From NCBI GenBank assembly GCA_963693365.1, contig CAVNZM010000003.1, forward strand, positions 3,109,106-3,173,105: 64,000 bases of DNA, in the 5' to 3' direction. The notes under the pieces are model-generated. The model did no database searches, was not told the origin of the DNA, and was given only the letters and a program-made list of their open reading frames with translations. The DNA comes from Amoebidium appalachense. Lineage: Eukaryota; Protista; Ichthyosporea. The translations under genes and the position numbers were made by a program. Each line of letters opens with the position of its first letter. Position 1 is the stretch's first letter. Of the stretch, positions 12,861 through 28,118 are shown piece after piece.

Positions 12861-13170
12861 CATGCACTAACTTTATTGTTGATGATTTAATAGATCTCGG
12901 TGATTATGCTGGTGGTGGTAGGAAGGAATATCTCGATGCTCTCTTGTTACCAAACACCACTCCCGCTAGACTAGGTGAACCCCTGTCTCAAAAGGAAAGC
13001 TTGCGCCGGCTTGCTAGTATGAATCGATTTGGCCCCCCTGCTCGTATTATTGGTGATACCACTGGCCATGGAGACCCCCTCATAGACTCTGATAAGTATT
13101 TCTCGGAACTGTCTAAAGATAGGACCCCCGCTCAGAAATCTATTGTGTGGCCTGTACATGTAGACCCATC
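12861..13170 (+). pseudogene. Older LINE ORF2 segment (5' piece of the interrupted copy that continues at 19582)
   Basis: Near-identical to 14173-14470 apart from a few substitutions and two 6-bp insertions. It ends at cccatc, exactly where the 19582 copy resumes (TAtccccatagaatcg). Confidence 0.85.
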
Positions 13171-16100
13171 ACACTTTTTATTGCGTGGACACTGCCGGAG
13201 GCCCAGCCACATTCGACGGCCTACTGCGTTTTCCAGCACAGCCAATCAAATGCAGCCAGCTTCCCTGTTCGCGCTGGCGGAAGGTCGTGCATACGACCCC
13301 GTAAGCGACAAGTGGGAACCAACCCCACAGGTGTCGGACCAAACCGATGCCTAATTTATCCTTCTTCTTCTGGAATGCTCGGACACTGGGCCCCCAAAAG
13401 GGCCTCCCCCCCGGGACACTCGACGATAAAATCAGCTACATACAACAACAGACAAACAACCACACGTTTACAGTGATTTGCGAAACACAGTTTAAAAACC
13501 ACCACAAATTCAACTCTACATTGGTCGACACATCCACACACCCCGGTTACGCGAAAAACCGAGGCATTATTGTACTTGCCGCACCACACGTGAGAGTGAA
13601 GTGCAAACCGGTAGCAAAAACGGAATTCTCGGTTTCTATAGAGTTTCTTTCTAATGTTTTTACTTTTGTATATTACCCACCATCTATGTCGGTTGTCGAA
13701 TTGACTCACGAGTTGTCACAGTTACCAATGTCCACTGTTATTTTAGGTGATTTTAACACGCGACTCCACCACACAGACACACTGCAAGTGAGTGTCGGGT
13801 ACCCATCTAAGCCCCCGGAGCGTGCTATCCCTTTAGCAAGGTATGTCCAAAGTCACACTTTGCGGTTCCCTCAAATATCCCATGCCCACAACACCGACTG
13901 GGGAGTGGCCTTTTGGCCATCAACCATGTCAAAACTCTCTCTCCCTCCTAACCTCTCTAGGTCATCTGACCACTCTCCTATCCTTTTCCTACCTAAGATC
14001 TCCCTTGATCTGCTCCCCCCTCCCCCTCCCACCTTTCGCCTCCGTCTATCCCAGCTTAAGTCACAGTGGGGTAGAGTTGATGTATGTGTATGCTATGCTA
14101 CGAAACACCCTATATATATGCGCCTATTAGAATCTGCACAAGCCAGGCCAGATTCACATCTCGTACTAGATACATGCACTAACTTTATTGTTGATGATTT
14201 GATAGATCTCGGTGATTATGCTGGCGGTGGTAGGAAGGAATATCCCGATGCTCTCTTGTTACCAAACACCACTCCCGCTAGACTAGGTGAACCCCTGTCT
14301 CAAAAGGAAAGCTTGCGCCGGCTTGCTAGTATGAATCGATTTGGCCCCCCTGCTCGTATTATTGGTGATACCACTGGAGACCCCCTCATAGACTCTGATA
14401 AGTATTTCTCGGAACTGTTTAAAGATAGGACCCCCGCTCAGAAACCTATTGTGTGGCCTGTAGACCCATCTATCCCCATAGAATCGATCCTCCCCTTTTT
14501 CAGTCCCGATGCCATATGGTCTGTGATATCTAGTTATAGCTCTAGTAAGTCTTGTGGACCTGATGGACTCCCTGCTGGGTTTCTTAAAATCCTTGTTCCC
14601 TCCTACCCACAAAAGGAAAGTGATCGTGCTATTAAACCTGATCTTACTATCATGTTAAGCTCTCTCTTTTCTTGGTGTGTTAAATGTGGACATGTCCCGT
14701 CATCTTGGTTAGATACCTTAGTGATCCCCATAGTTAAGAAGGACTCTGAGGGCCCCATATCATCCTTTCGCCCCATTACACTAACCCAGGTTGTTCGTAG
14801 ATTCTTTGAAGCTTGCTTACTTAGGCTATTTGCACATCACCCTAGGTTTCAATCTATTCTTCACATACACCCATGCCAATCCGCTTTTCGTAAAAACAAT
14901 TCATGTTATGTTCAAATAATGGCACTGCACGATTCTATGCAAGTTGGTGCACGATATGTTGGCTTTATTGATTGGAAAACTGCTTACGATTCTGTCTCCC
15001 CTGGTCTCCTATGGGAAAAGCTTGCTGCACGGGGTGTACCACACTGCATTGGTGTTCTGTTAGAAGCACTCTTGTCTCAAACCTATGGTAGAGCTGTGGT
15101 TAATGGGCATCTTTCATATGGTTTTGCTCGTACTAGAGGTCTCTTGCAGGGTTCATTGCTTAGCCCCTTTTTGTTTAACCTATTTATAGATGATTTGGCT
15201 GTCAAGATTTACGCCGAAAACGATGACCCTATTAATAACTTTCCGCCTGCACTTCTCTATGCTGATGATCTGTCCCTCCTTGCCCGTACCCCTAGACGCC
15301 TGCAAAGATTGTTCGATGTAGTGTCAGAGTGGTGCAAGGCAAACCTTATGATCCTTAACATAGACAAATGTGGTGTTCTTGTACCTGATATAGCTAACAA
15401 TTTACACACATTTACATTATCATCTAAACCTGTACCTATAGTTCCAGAATACAAATATCTTGGTGTTCCGGTTGATTCTGTTGGTGTTATGTTTCCCCAT
15501 ATGGTCGAAAAGAGGGTAGAGTTGGCTCGTAAGCGGTTAGCTTTCTTCTCGGCTAATATTTTTAAAGACACACCCCTCCATCCTTCTATTAGACTTACAT
15601 TTATTCGCACTTTTGTCTTCCCGGCATGTGAATATGGTTTACCCCTTCTCGCCGCTTGGATCAAGAAAGAGAGAACTAGAGCGCTTAAACCCTTGGCAAA
15701 TTTCCTTGAAGCAGAAGTTGCCTCCTTTCTATCTAACAACTGTTGTAAACCTGGGCCTGTAACGCTCTCGATATATGGTCTGGTCCCAATAGCTGCTAGA
15801 GTATCCTATCTCGCGCTGAAATTCAATAAGCACATAAGCCGCTTAAAGAAGTATTTGCCCTCCCACCCTCTCTTCTCTATCCGACCTGTCCCCTCCTCAC
15901 CTCTCCCCTCTTTCCTCCCCTCTCTCTCCCCTTCTCCCCTGGGCACAAATACAAATAAACCCCGCAATAGTGTGTGTGTGACTTTGGACTGCCACTTACT
16001 TATTAAACATGTACACAATCACAAGATAATCACGCAATATAACAAATGGAAAAAGATACCACACGACACTAGACCCGATGAAAGCATACACCTTGAAAAA

Positions 16101-16561
16101 CTAAGCCTTATGTCTCGTTTTATATATACTGACCGCCTCAACCATATTGCCAAATATGGCACTCGCAAGTGTATAACACCTAAATACATATTACCTTCCT
16201 GTAGAACTGGTCTTTCTCTAGCTGATGGTATTATTGATCAATTACCACGCTTTTACTGTACACGTGCTATACAGTGGAGATCTAATAAGTATAAGGTGGC
16301 ATCATTTGCATGCCCAAACAACACACACACACACCAGTTTAACCGGTCATGTATCGCCAAATGTAGTTTGATAGACCACATAATACCGCAACACACACAC
16401 GTCACATTCACAACAGACACCCAGAAAGATAGCCTACCTGTAAATTACAACATCCTTGATTTTATACTAAACACGCGTAACTACGACCTGTTTATTAGAT
16501 GTATTGATTGGCTTGAGAAACACATCACTACAAAATTATAGCGCACGCGCACACACACACA

Positions 16562-16600
<39 letters not shown>

Positions 16601-16632
16601 CCAGCTGATACCGAGTGTCCCGAGGGGAGCCC

Positions 16633-16663
<31 letters not shown>

Positions 16664-16893
16664 CCGGGAACCCCAACTAATTGATTTCTCCTTGTAGTCT
16701 TTATGGTGTCTCGTAGAGAAAGTAAACCCTGATATATAGTCACCACCCGACATCTATGTACGTGATCATGATATACCGCTGAGGGGATATTCCGAGCAAA
16801 ACCCCCCCCCCCCATACCTGAGACTGGTTCTCTTTGCCTCGAGTAAACAGCGTAAACCCCTGACATATGTACATGCTAGGCAACAATGAGCGC
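13171..16893 (+). mobile_element. Younger LINE copy inserted into an older copy of the same family
   Basis: Flanked by 6-bp cccatc (13165-13170 and 16894-16899). It starts with an inverted 63-bp piece of the 5' body, lacks the last ~80 nt of the 3' UTR and ends in ~33 nt of filler. Confidence 0.65.
13347..16541 (+). CDS. Intact LINE ORF2: APE-type endonuclease + reverse transcriptase (1064 aa)
   Basis: EN motifs FWNAR, ICETQ, VYYPP, ILGDFN, SDHSP. RT motifs GPDG, FRPITL, QSAFR, FIDWKTAYDSV, GLLQGSLLSPFLFNLFID, LLYADD, YKYLGV. Confidence 0.97.
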   Translation: MPNLSFFFWNARTLGPQKGLPPGTLDDKISYIQQQTNNHTFTVICETQFKNHHKFNSTLVDTSTHPGYAKNRGIIVLAAPHVRVKCKPVAKTEFSVSIEFLSNVFTFVYYPPSMSVVELTHELSQLPMSTVILGDFNTRLHHTDTLQVSVGYPSKPPERAIPLARYVQSHTLRFPQISHAHNTDWGVAFWPSTMSKLSLPPNLSRSSDHSPILFLPKISLDLLPPPPPTFRLRLSQLKSQWGRVDVCVCYATKHPIYMRLLESAQARPDSHLVLDTCTNFIVDDLIDLGDYAGGGRKEYPDALLLPNTTPARLGEPLSQKESLRRLASMNRFGPPARIIGDTTGDPLIDSDKYFSELFKDRTPAQKPIVWPVDPSIPIESILPFFSPDAIWSVISSYSSSKSCGPDGLPAGFLKILVPSYPQKESDRAIKPDLTIMLSSLFSWCVKCGHVPSSWLDTLVIPIVKKDSEGPISSFRPITLTQVVRRFFEACLLRLFAHHPRFQSILHIHPCQSAFRKNNSCYVQIMALHDSMQVGARYVGFIDWKTAYDSVSPGLLWEKLAARGVPHCIGVLLEALLSQTYGRAVVNGHLSYGFARTRGLLQGSLLSPFLFNLFIDDLAVKIYAENDDPINNFPPALLYADDLSLLARTPRRLQRLFDVVSEWCKANLMILNIDKCGVLVPDIANNLHTFTLSSKPVPIVPEYKYLGVPVDSVGVMFPHMVEKRVELARKRLAFFSANIFKDTPLHPSIRLTFIRTFVFPACEYGLPLLAAWIKKERTRALKPLANFLEAEVASFLSNNCCKPGPVTLSIYGLVPIAARVSYLALKFNKHISRLKKYLPSHPLFSIRPVPSSPLPSFLPSLSPSPLGTNTNKPRNSVCVTLDCHLLIKHVHNHKIITQYNKWKKIPHDTRPDESIHLEKLSLMSRFIYTDRLNHIAKYGTRKCITPKYILPSCRTGLSLADGIIDQLPRFYCTRAIQWRSNKYKVASFACPNNTHTHQFNRSCIAKCSLIDHIIPQHTHVTFTTDTQKDSLPVNYNILDFILNTRNYDLFIRCIDWLEKHITTKL

Positions 16894-17220
16894 CCCATCT
16901 ACAGTATGCGTCCACGCATAACATACTCCACGCACAACATAACGTCGACGCCGATTTTCAAAAATCTTAACATACTGACCTCGGTCATTTTTCGGGATTA
17001 TGTTAGCGCACCAAGGGGTCCTATACATAGTAGGACGAGTAATCGGGTTTATCTGGTCAGTTTAGACCCCCTATGTTTAGTATTTCGATCTCTTTCCCAG
17101 ACAAAACAGTGGAGTCGCCGTGATTTCAACGACCGCCCAAAGCTCGCCAGGGCCAATGATAGGCGGCGGCCGCACATCGCATGGTATGCAAAGGACTCAT
17201 GTGGCCGACTATGTCGATAA

Positions 17221-18206
17221 GGGCCTGTTTGGCAACCCGGGTTTAGGGTCCTAAATCCGGATTACGGGCGATTTTGGGTTTAGCGCTAAATCCAAATCTC
17301 AAAATCCAGCCGCTGCCAAACAGACGGCCAGATCCGGTCACGTAAATCTGGGTTTCAAACCCCTCGGACATGGCCGTAATCTGGATTCCACTAATCCACC
17401 TCGGGAGGTGGATTAGCGCGAAATCCTTTCAGGTCCTGAATGTCCGACCCAATGAATGTTCATTTTATGGAACTATATATGGTGTCCTTTTGCACCAATC
17501 GTCGATAGTTTGAAGTGGCTAAAAAAGGATTGTTGAAAGGGCGCCAAACCAAACTTCCGTTGCTGGCAGCATGTGGATACTGAGTGGGCTGCGACAGCTG
17601 TGCCTTGAACTGCGACACCTGCACCAACGCACGCCTGCACCAATGCAGGTAACTTCCTGAGCGTCCATGTTATCACTCTCTTCAATGAATGGAGCCAACT
17701 TCTCAATTAACTCCCTTGCAACATATGGACTCACGCGTAGGACATCGTTCACCCTTGTCTCGTGAGCTGTGCCAAGCAGTTCTTGCACATACTCTCTACC
17801 ACTGAGCGGGGAAGTACGACAGGGCTCTTTGAGCTCTGGGCTATAGGTCAAGGCTGCAATCGCAGCCAAAACGGCTATGTTCCGGGCTGCATACATGGTG
17901 AGTGTCTCAAATAAAACCGTATACAACTCAGCACTTTCGTGGTTTATTACTGCTTATCACTATGGTGTATATGTGTAGCGGGTCTGCAATTGCAAGTCAC
18001 CGACCGGTGATGAACAGCGTGACAGCTGCAGAGCAAATCTAACCCGAAATCGTACGTGGGCTGTTTGGCATCCATGGGTTATCTACCCGGCTTAACCCAG
18101 GTTTCGGCTGAGATCCGGATTCTGCAGCATAATCTGGATCTCGATTTTGATATCCAGATATCCCCCGAAATCCAGATTACACTAACCCGCGTTGCCAAAC
18201 AGGCCC
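17221..18206 (-). mobile_element. Internally deleted PIF/Harbinger element nested in the Tc1-type element
   Basis: TIR gggcctgtttggcaac...gttgccaaacaggccc with TAA TSD (17218-17220, 18207-18209) and repeated subterminal atccag/atctgg motifs. Minus-strand ORF remnant PCRTSPLSGREYVQELLGTAHETRVNDVLRVS resembles the N-terminus of PIF transposases. Confidence 0.9.
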
Positions 18207-18317
18207 TAAACGAGCAGAAACATACGAAGGCCCCAACTAGTTCGATGCAGTCTTGTATAGCTAGTTTTTACATCCTAGTCATATAGGCAGGTTGAATGCA
18301 TATTAAACCCACCGATC

Positions 18318-18688
18318 ATGACCAAGCCAGTAGTCCAGGTGCAGGCATCTGCACTTGGGGCGTTGAATAGTGCACTGCACACAGTAAATGAGGCCACAGA
18401 CAAGTTTCAGGAAACTACCCAAGAAGCCCAAGCAATCATTTCTGAGGGTTTTGTAAACGCAAACAACACAATCAACAACGCAACCACACGTGCAATTGCA
18501 CAAGCCGAAACGGCAAAAGCACAATTGCGCTCGCACATGGAGAGTTTAGAGAGCCGCAGAGCCCCCACACGCGCGGAATCGCTGAGTCTTTTCCGTGTGA
18601 GTTACGGTAATGGTTTGGAGCTTGATGAAACCCTGAATACGGATTTGTATGAGGCGAAGGGGGAGGGGTTGCCTCTTACTCGTGTAGG
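18318..18688 (+). CDS. Cargo ORF/exon inside the Tc1-type element, predicted helical coiled-coil
   Basis: Non-repetitive, Ala/Gln/Thr-rich amphipathic ORF MTKPVVQVQASALGALNSAL...; possible donor G|gtgtgt near 18688 followed by (GT)n. Confidence 0.45.
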
Positions 18689-18766
18689 TGTGTGGTGCCA
18701 AATTCGTGGTGTGAGAGTAAGGTGTGAGGGAGCAGAAGAACTAGTACGTCTTGTTTGTATGAGTTG

Positions 18767-18800
<34 letters not shown>

Positions 18801-19110
18801 CTTTTTTGGTTTGGTCCCCTTGAAAATAGTATGTTTTTATTATTATTTGAATCAAATACTTATTGATTTCCTCTAACACGTACCGACGTGTTGCCGCACG
18901 TGCGACGTTTTAACATCTACTCATGCGGTCCCTTTTAAGTAAAAAAAAAAAAAAAAAAAAAAAAGAAAGAAAGGAGACACCGCCTCAGTAGGTGGTAGTG
19001 ATTTCCTCTATATTTACTTATTTAGCGGGTTGGGGAGGAGGGGAGGGGGTGGGTGGGGGGGGGGGACTTGATGTACTAAATGCTAGACTTTCAAGTATTG
19101 ATTTAGATTT

Positions 19111-19197
<87 letters not shown>

Positions 19198-19581
19198 CAC
19201 ACACACACACACATAGGCTTTCACGCTTTCAGCTTCTTTTTTTTTTTTTTTTTTTTTCAAAGTTTTTTTTTTTTTTTCCCGAATTTCCCTTTTTTTTTTT
19301 TTTTCACCATCTCAAAAAGGAACTAGTATAAGTATTCTTTGTTTATTCATTGATTTGATCGATTTATTATTTGTTTACTACTATATTTATGTCATTTAGC
19401 GGTTTGCGGATTCCCCGCCCGATGGAGAGGCGGGCGGGCGGGCGGGCGGGGGGGGGGGGGGGGGGGGGGGGGTAACATAATCGAGACGGGCTCTGGGAGC
19501 CTATTTTTAGATACTAATTAAAATTTAACATAACGACCTCGACCCTTGTCGGGGCGGTATGTTATGCGTGGACGCATACTG

Positions 19582-22081
<2,500 letters not shown>

Positions 22082-23348
22082 TGTTGTGTACTAATACACA
22101 AGGTGAAACGTGCCACTTCAGGGCATGGGCACGCCTGTACATGTGGGGGGGATTTGATTACACATGAGGGATGCAAACAGTTCAAGTGCAATGATATGTG
22201 TGACAGGGGATGATGCATGGGATAAGCAATATAATATGATTTTTCGGACTGGCTGAGTTTGCAGCGATGCTATCTGTACACCCCTAAGAAGCGCTTCTTT
22301 GGTTATAAAACATATCTCTGAAAGCTATCTATGAAAGTGTGACTACATCTTATAATAGTCCTGCAGGCAGCGCTGCAGCCAATTCAAAAACGTTTTCCGG
22401 CGAGGTGACAACCCTAACCTTTGATGGTTCGCCGCCTGCCAAAAATGGTGCGTAAATATTTGGCTAATTTTGATTGGGTAACACCAGTCCGACTCCTCAT
22501 GCTCATGTATACAGGTTGTGGGGAGGGAGAATCCTGAATATGTTTGGTGCATGGGGCATGGAGAGCACGTTTCTCATACTGCATCTCCAAAAGCTGGGGG
22601 GAGGGGGGGGGGGGGGGGGGGGGAATCATTCATTACTCATACTCTATTATTCATATTGGTGGTGATGGTGGTGTGTGTGTGTGTGTGTGTGTGTGGGGGG
22701 GAGGGGGGGGGGGGGGGGGGGGGGGGGGGAGGGCCCGGGGCCGGGGGGACGTATTCTGTCCCACAACATATCAATCTGGCAGTGCACAATACCCTCAGCC
22801 TGTATTCATAGTGGGGGAGTTGTGGGGTGTGGGCTACAGGATGTCGTGTGACATGGACACCACATGCCAGTGCGGCCATGGCCCATTTATATCTCCAGTC
22901 TTTAAGGCTTATGATAAGCTCAGCATCCGGTATTGAACTTGGAGATTCCCATATAAAGGAATCATTGAAGCCCATACAAACCCTGTCCTGCAGTGTAAGC
23001 TTAAACGATTAATGCAAGGGTATGATAGCGAAACGTGCCTAAACCAATCCACGCCTAAATCAGCCACTACCAATCCAACACTCACTCTATCATAGAAACG
23101 GGTAGTAGCACATAACCGGTGTTCCTACCTCACCATAACAATCATAATGGGCCCCAACCAATGTGGGTACTGGCCTGAACTAAGTCTTTAATTTAATTAA
23201 AGTCACAGCTAATCGATCATGATTGTGAGAGATTAAAGGCGCATGATCACGATGTGCACATCCACCAAACCTACCGTATTGTGCAAACATCACAAAGAAA
23301 CATTACACTTTAAAATTTCCAACCCTACTCGTTCCATGCTAGAACCAT

Positions 23349-23592
23349 CTAGAGCTTCTTCTGGCAGGGCATGGTCACGTTACTGATTCTCAGCACGTGA
23401 GCCCATGGCTCGTCGACCTTGACGTAGCTGGAGAACCGTTGGCACTCGAGTCTTGCCGCCAGCTGCAGCACACTGACGTTGTCTTTGCTGTCCAGTGCCC
23501 TACATAATCCCACCCAGTCACCATCATGTCCACCCACCCCGCCAGCCAGCCCCGACCCCAAAACACCAAAACACAACGTTTTGGCTGCGATA

Positions 23593-23630
<38 letters not shown>

Positions 23631-24015
23631 TTCCACCCTTCAAAAAAAAAAACCAAAAAAAAAAACGTACACACATTCACAGCACACACACGCCCTTCCT
23701 CGGGAGCAGGCTACAAGACAGCCAAGCGAAACTACAGGTTCTGATTTCTAACCCTGTCCCCCAGCCCCCCGTACCTTGTAGCAATGGAGTACAGCCTGGC
23801 CGCCTCCTTGGCCACCTTCAGGTTCTCTCTGCCCTCCCCCTCGGTGGCATTGAACAGTTTGCTATACGGCTGTGGTGTCTCGGCCCCGTTGGGCGGTGCC
23901 TGTCTTCGTGCTTTCAAACCCTGGCCGGCCCACCACGGCACCCGGTATTTGCATTCACCAAGGGCAGACCAGCTCGAGCCCTGCTCCATGCGGTCGGGAG
24001 AGTACGTGTAGCTGC

Positions 24016-24060
<45 letters not shown>

Positions 24061-24136
24061 CCGTGTGGCAAATATATATCTCATATTAGTGCTGCACCCT
24101 GTGCCCCATCTGTTTATCACTCCTTCCTCATCCCCC

Positions 24137-24167
<31 letters not shown>

Positions 24168-25070
24168 ACACACGGGACCACAAATAAACCCTTCCGGTCA
24201 TTTGTTGTTACTCCGCTCCCCCCCCCTCCCCCCCTCCCCCGTTTCCCCGCCGAGGTATTTACCCGTCCAACACCCCCCCCTTCACACACGGCACCTACCC
24301 CATGCGCTGGATGCTGTTTACATCCCGTGGGGTGACCCTCGTAGGGAACTCCTTGAGAGGCTCATCGAACCCATGGGGGATCAAAACAAACGGACTCTCC
24401 TCATACACTCGAGTGTCCACGTCATCCCCCTCACTCCCTGTGATTGCAGTGTCGTGGCATGCCTGCCACGTGGCAAATATCTTGTCCACCATGCCGTGGT
24501 GCATGAAGAAGAGGGGGTCGTAGGCTGAGTACGTGATGTTGCGCAGTGTACCCCCCACCCTGCACCAAACATGCGTGGCGTCAGCATGACTCGCTACTAC
24601 TACCACCACCACGTTCCATCCCCCCCCCCCTCCCCCCTCCCCTCCCCCCCGGTCCCACCGCGTGCTTACGATGCATTCAAGTGTGCTTTGCAATCTGATC
24701 ATGTTGTCTGTCATAAATGTGTATTTCGTATCCAGCAACACTACCCCCCACCCCCCCCACCCCAAACACACACACACACACACGTGCGCACATTGACGAT
24801 TACTGTGGCCTGCACGCACCTGTTGTGGATGATTGCATGCCAGCCTTTGTTGATGTCGCTGTGCTCCTGGAAACTGCTGGCCGACAGAATGCCCGATGCA
24901 ACCTGCGCAGCGCCCAGTTAGTGCCCTGCATCACCACACACAGGCACACACCCTGCTAACCACCATAACCCCGAGACTTTTTCATGCTCCTGCCCCCCTC
25001 TCTGTACCCAACCCTCCCCCCCCCCCCCCCCCCTACCGCACATGTACACACCCTCCACACTACCACCCCC

Positions 25071-25101
<31 letters not shown>

Positions 25102-25370
25102 AAAGTCCCAACACACACACACACACACACACACCTCGAGTGGGCCTGGCGGGCGCCAGCCAAATCTGTGGCCAAATGGCCTCGTGACACATTCCCCGCT
25201 AGCATATCTGATCTTGCCTAAAAAGGCATCCAGGTGGCAGCCCTCCCCGGGCCCCCCCAGGTCCTCAACCACGCTGATAGAGGGGGTGACAAAGGGGTCT
25301 TCTTTAAGGTCCATGGTCCAGTCCCAGTATGGTATCGTGATGCAGCTGGGGGGGTGGGAAAGTCAGAGGT

Positions 25371-25408
<38 letters not shown>

Positions 25409-27390
25409 AATGGACAAACCAAGACGGAAATCATCAAGGGGGTAATTTTTTGGGAACCGAGGGTGAGCGGGCGAGGGAGGGGGGAGGAGGGGGGAGAGTC
25501 TGTCATAGACAACGAAGTAAACGTTCATGTGACAGACAACAAAATGCAGACCGCAAATTAAACATTTGACTATTTGCCAAAAGCAGAGCCCATCCTCAGT
25601 ACCCGAGTTTCGAACCGTTCATCCCCGGGGGGAAGGGTGGGCCGGGGGGGGGGTGGGGGGTGGGGGGGTGGGGGGGTTCAGAGATAGGTGCTACAGATAG
25701 ATGATTGGTGCTACCCCTTCCTGGCCACCACCACCCTTTACCTCCCCCCCCCCCCCCCCCCCCCCTCCTGCCAAGCACACAATGCACATGCCAAGACATC
25801 ACGTACACCACGCCCACCCACACACCCACACACCTGTAGCTGCCGCCCAGGGCCCTCAGCTGGTTCTCCCACAGGAACAGGAAGTGGCGGTGCCAGTGCA
25901 GGAATGCATTGCTGGCATGTGCCGCCTCGTCGATGATTGGCTGCTCATGGTACTCAATCACCTTGCCCAGCTCCCCCCTCCTGATCACCTCCCTGACTGC
26001 ATCCACGTACAGCCGCTGCTGGAGTGACGTAAGCTCACGCCATTCCCTGCGCACCCGCATGCCCGTGCTGTCCACTAGATTGTGGCATGGATCACGTGAT
26101 TCCACAGAGGCCATGCCTATGTTCCCATCACTAGGTGATGGGGTTGGGGCTGGGGATGGGTCAGGCGAAGGTGCAGGGGTGGGTGGAGTGGGCTCGGGAA
26201 CAATTTGCGGTGTGAAGATGTTTTGCGTGGTGGTTGGAGCGGCGGGAGAAATGACTGGTGGTGTGGTGGCGGTGGTGGTGGTGGTCGTGGTAGTGGTGGG
26301 CGGTGGTGTTGTTGTGGTGGTTGGCTTGGTGGTAGTGGTGGTAGTGGTGGTTGTTGTGGTAGTGGTAGTGGTGGTGGTGGGTTCAGTGGTGGTGGTGGTA
26401 GTTGTTGTGGTCGGTGGGGGTGTTGTCGTTGTTGTTGTTGTTGTGGTGGTGGTAGTGGTGGGTCTAGTGGTTGTTGTTGTGGTGGTGGTTGTTGTGGTGG
26501 TTGCTGTTGTCGTGGTAGTTGGTTGTGTTGTGGTAGTGGTGGTGGTGGTGGTGGTGGTTGTGGTCGGTAATGTTGTGCTGGTTTGTGGCTGTATGGCTGG
26601 TGGTGCAGGTACAGGGTCACTCTGTGTGGGTGGAGTCACACTCTGTGCCGAGAATATGGGTTGAGGTGCTGATGGGGCCACAGGCTGGGCTGGGGATGTT
26701 GGCTGGGTGGTGTCGCTGCTGGGGGGTGGCAGGATGGCTGGGCTGCTGGGCACTGCAGGTGGGGTGGTGGTGGGGGCTGGGGCGGGAGCACGTGCGGGCA
26801 CACAGAATTTGCTATTGCTGACATAGCCCTGCCTGCGGGGTAGAGAAGGTAGGGATATGGATGTGAGCAGGCGCACATGCGGTGCTGGCTGGACATTAGT
26901 GCCGTGGAACCACACCCATGCCGTTTAATCCCTCCCGGTGAACCAAGATGCCTATTATCGGACCGACTTTGTATCCAAGGTAACGCAGCTGCATTCGGGG
27001 GGAGAGGGGTGGCCTTTTTTTTTTTCTTTTTTTTTTCCGGGGGGGGGGGGGGGGGTTAGGAGGGGAGAAGGGGGGGGGGGGGTGGGGGGGTTTGTGATTA
27101 GATGGGGGAGGGGGGTGGAGAGGGGGGGGGGGGGGGGGGGGGCTTTGTACCTGCAAACACATCTGAAGCTGCCAATGGTGTCCATGCACACGGCATTAAG
27201 GGGGCAGCGGATGAAACGGGTCTGGCACTCATTCTCGTTTGCACACTTGCCCTCCCGCCACACGTAGCCTGACGGGCACACGGGCCGGCACGAGAAGCCA
27301 TCCCCCTGGTACCCTTGGATGCAGGTGCACGTGTAGCTGCCTGGGGTGTTTCGGCATGTAGCCTGCACAACACCCGTGTACGTCAGGGTC

Positions 27391-27445
<55 letters not shown>

Positions 27446-27768
27446 GAACGATGTCTGCAGATCTCTTTCTTGCAGGCTTCCCACCGACCACTTCAGAGGT
27501 GTTGCCCGAGAGCAACAAGGAACACGTCTCTAGTGTTGGCTGTGTAAGATCGGCTACACGAAGTACTGGGCAGTCACAGAGGCTTTAGAGGTGTCTTTAA
27601 TATGCAACACAGAGGGCACACTAGTGTGTATGTGTATGCAAGTTGTGTACAAGTTTCTTGGGATCATTATGTGAAAACGTGTGATGTGTAACACGGATCA
27701 ATGTCTCTGCATATGTGTGCCCCGTTTGCTTCGGTGCATACGTCCCCGTATGCGCTGCGGGTGCGCAG

Positions 27769-27850
<82 letters not shown>

Positions 27851-28066
27851 TGTGTGCCTGCGTGTGGGTGTAGGTGTCTGTGTGTATGTGTTTTTCTTTT
27901 CTTTTTTTGGGGGGGGGGGTGGAAAGGGGGGGGGGGAGAGGGGGGGGGGGAGGCTGCATGCCTGTGTGAGGGTGCACCGGGGACTGGAGACTGTGCACGT
28001 GTGTGTGCGCATGTGATCGGTGTGCGTGTGTGCTTGTGAACTTGTGTGCTTGTGTGTGCACGCGTT

Positions 28067-28118
<52 letters not shown>

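Larger units (their letters stand above)
16902..19581. mobile_element. Non-autonomous Tc1/mariner-type DNA transposon
   Basis: Perfect 25-bp TIRs cagtatgcgtccacgcataacatac (16902-16926) and gtatgttatgcgtggacgcatactg (19557-19581). TA TSD at 16900-16901 and 19582-19583. The empty site cccatcTAtcccc is visible at 14465-14477. No transposase seen. Confidence 0.9.

Noticed and set aside
17221-17300. Telomeric repeat (gggtttaggg)
   Set aside because: Only one or two units, lying within Harbinger subterminal repeats.
22343-22990. Small minus-strand gene next to the LINE insertion
   Set aside because: Exon-like blocks exist, but no consistent splice model or recognisable motif was found.
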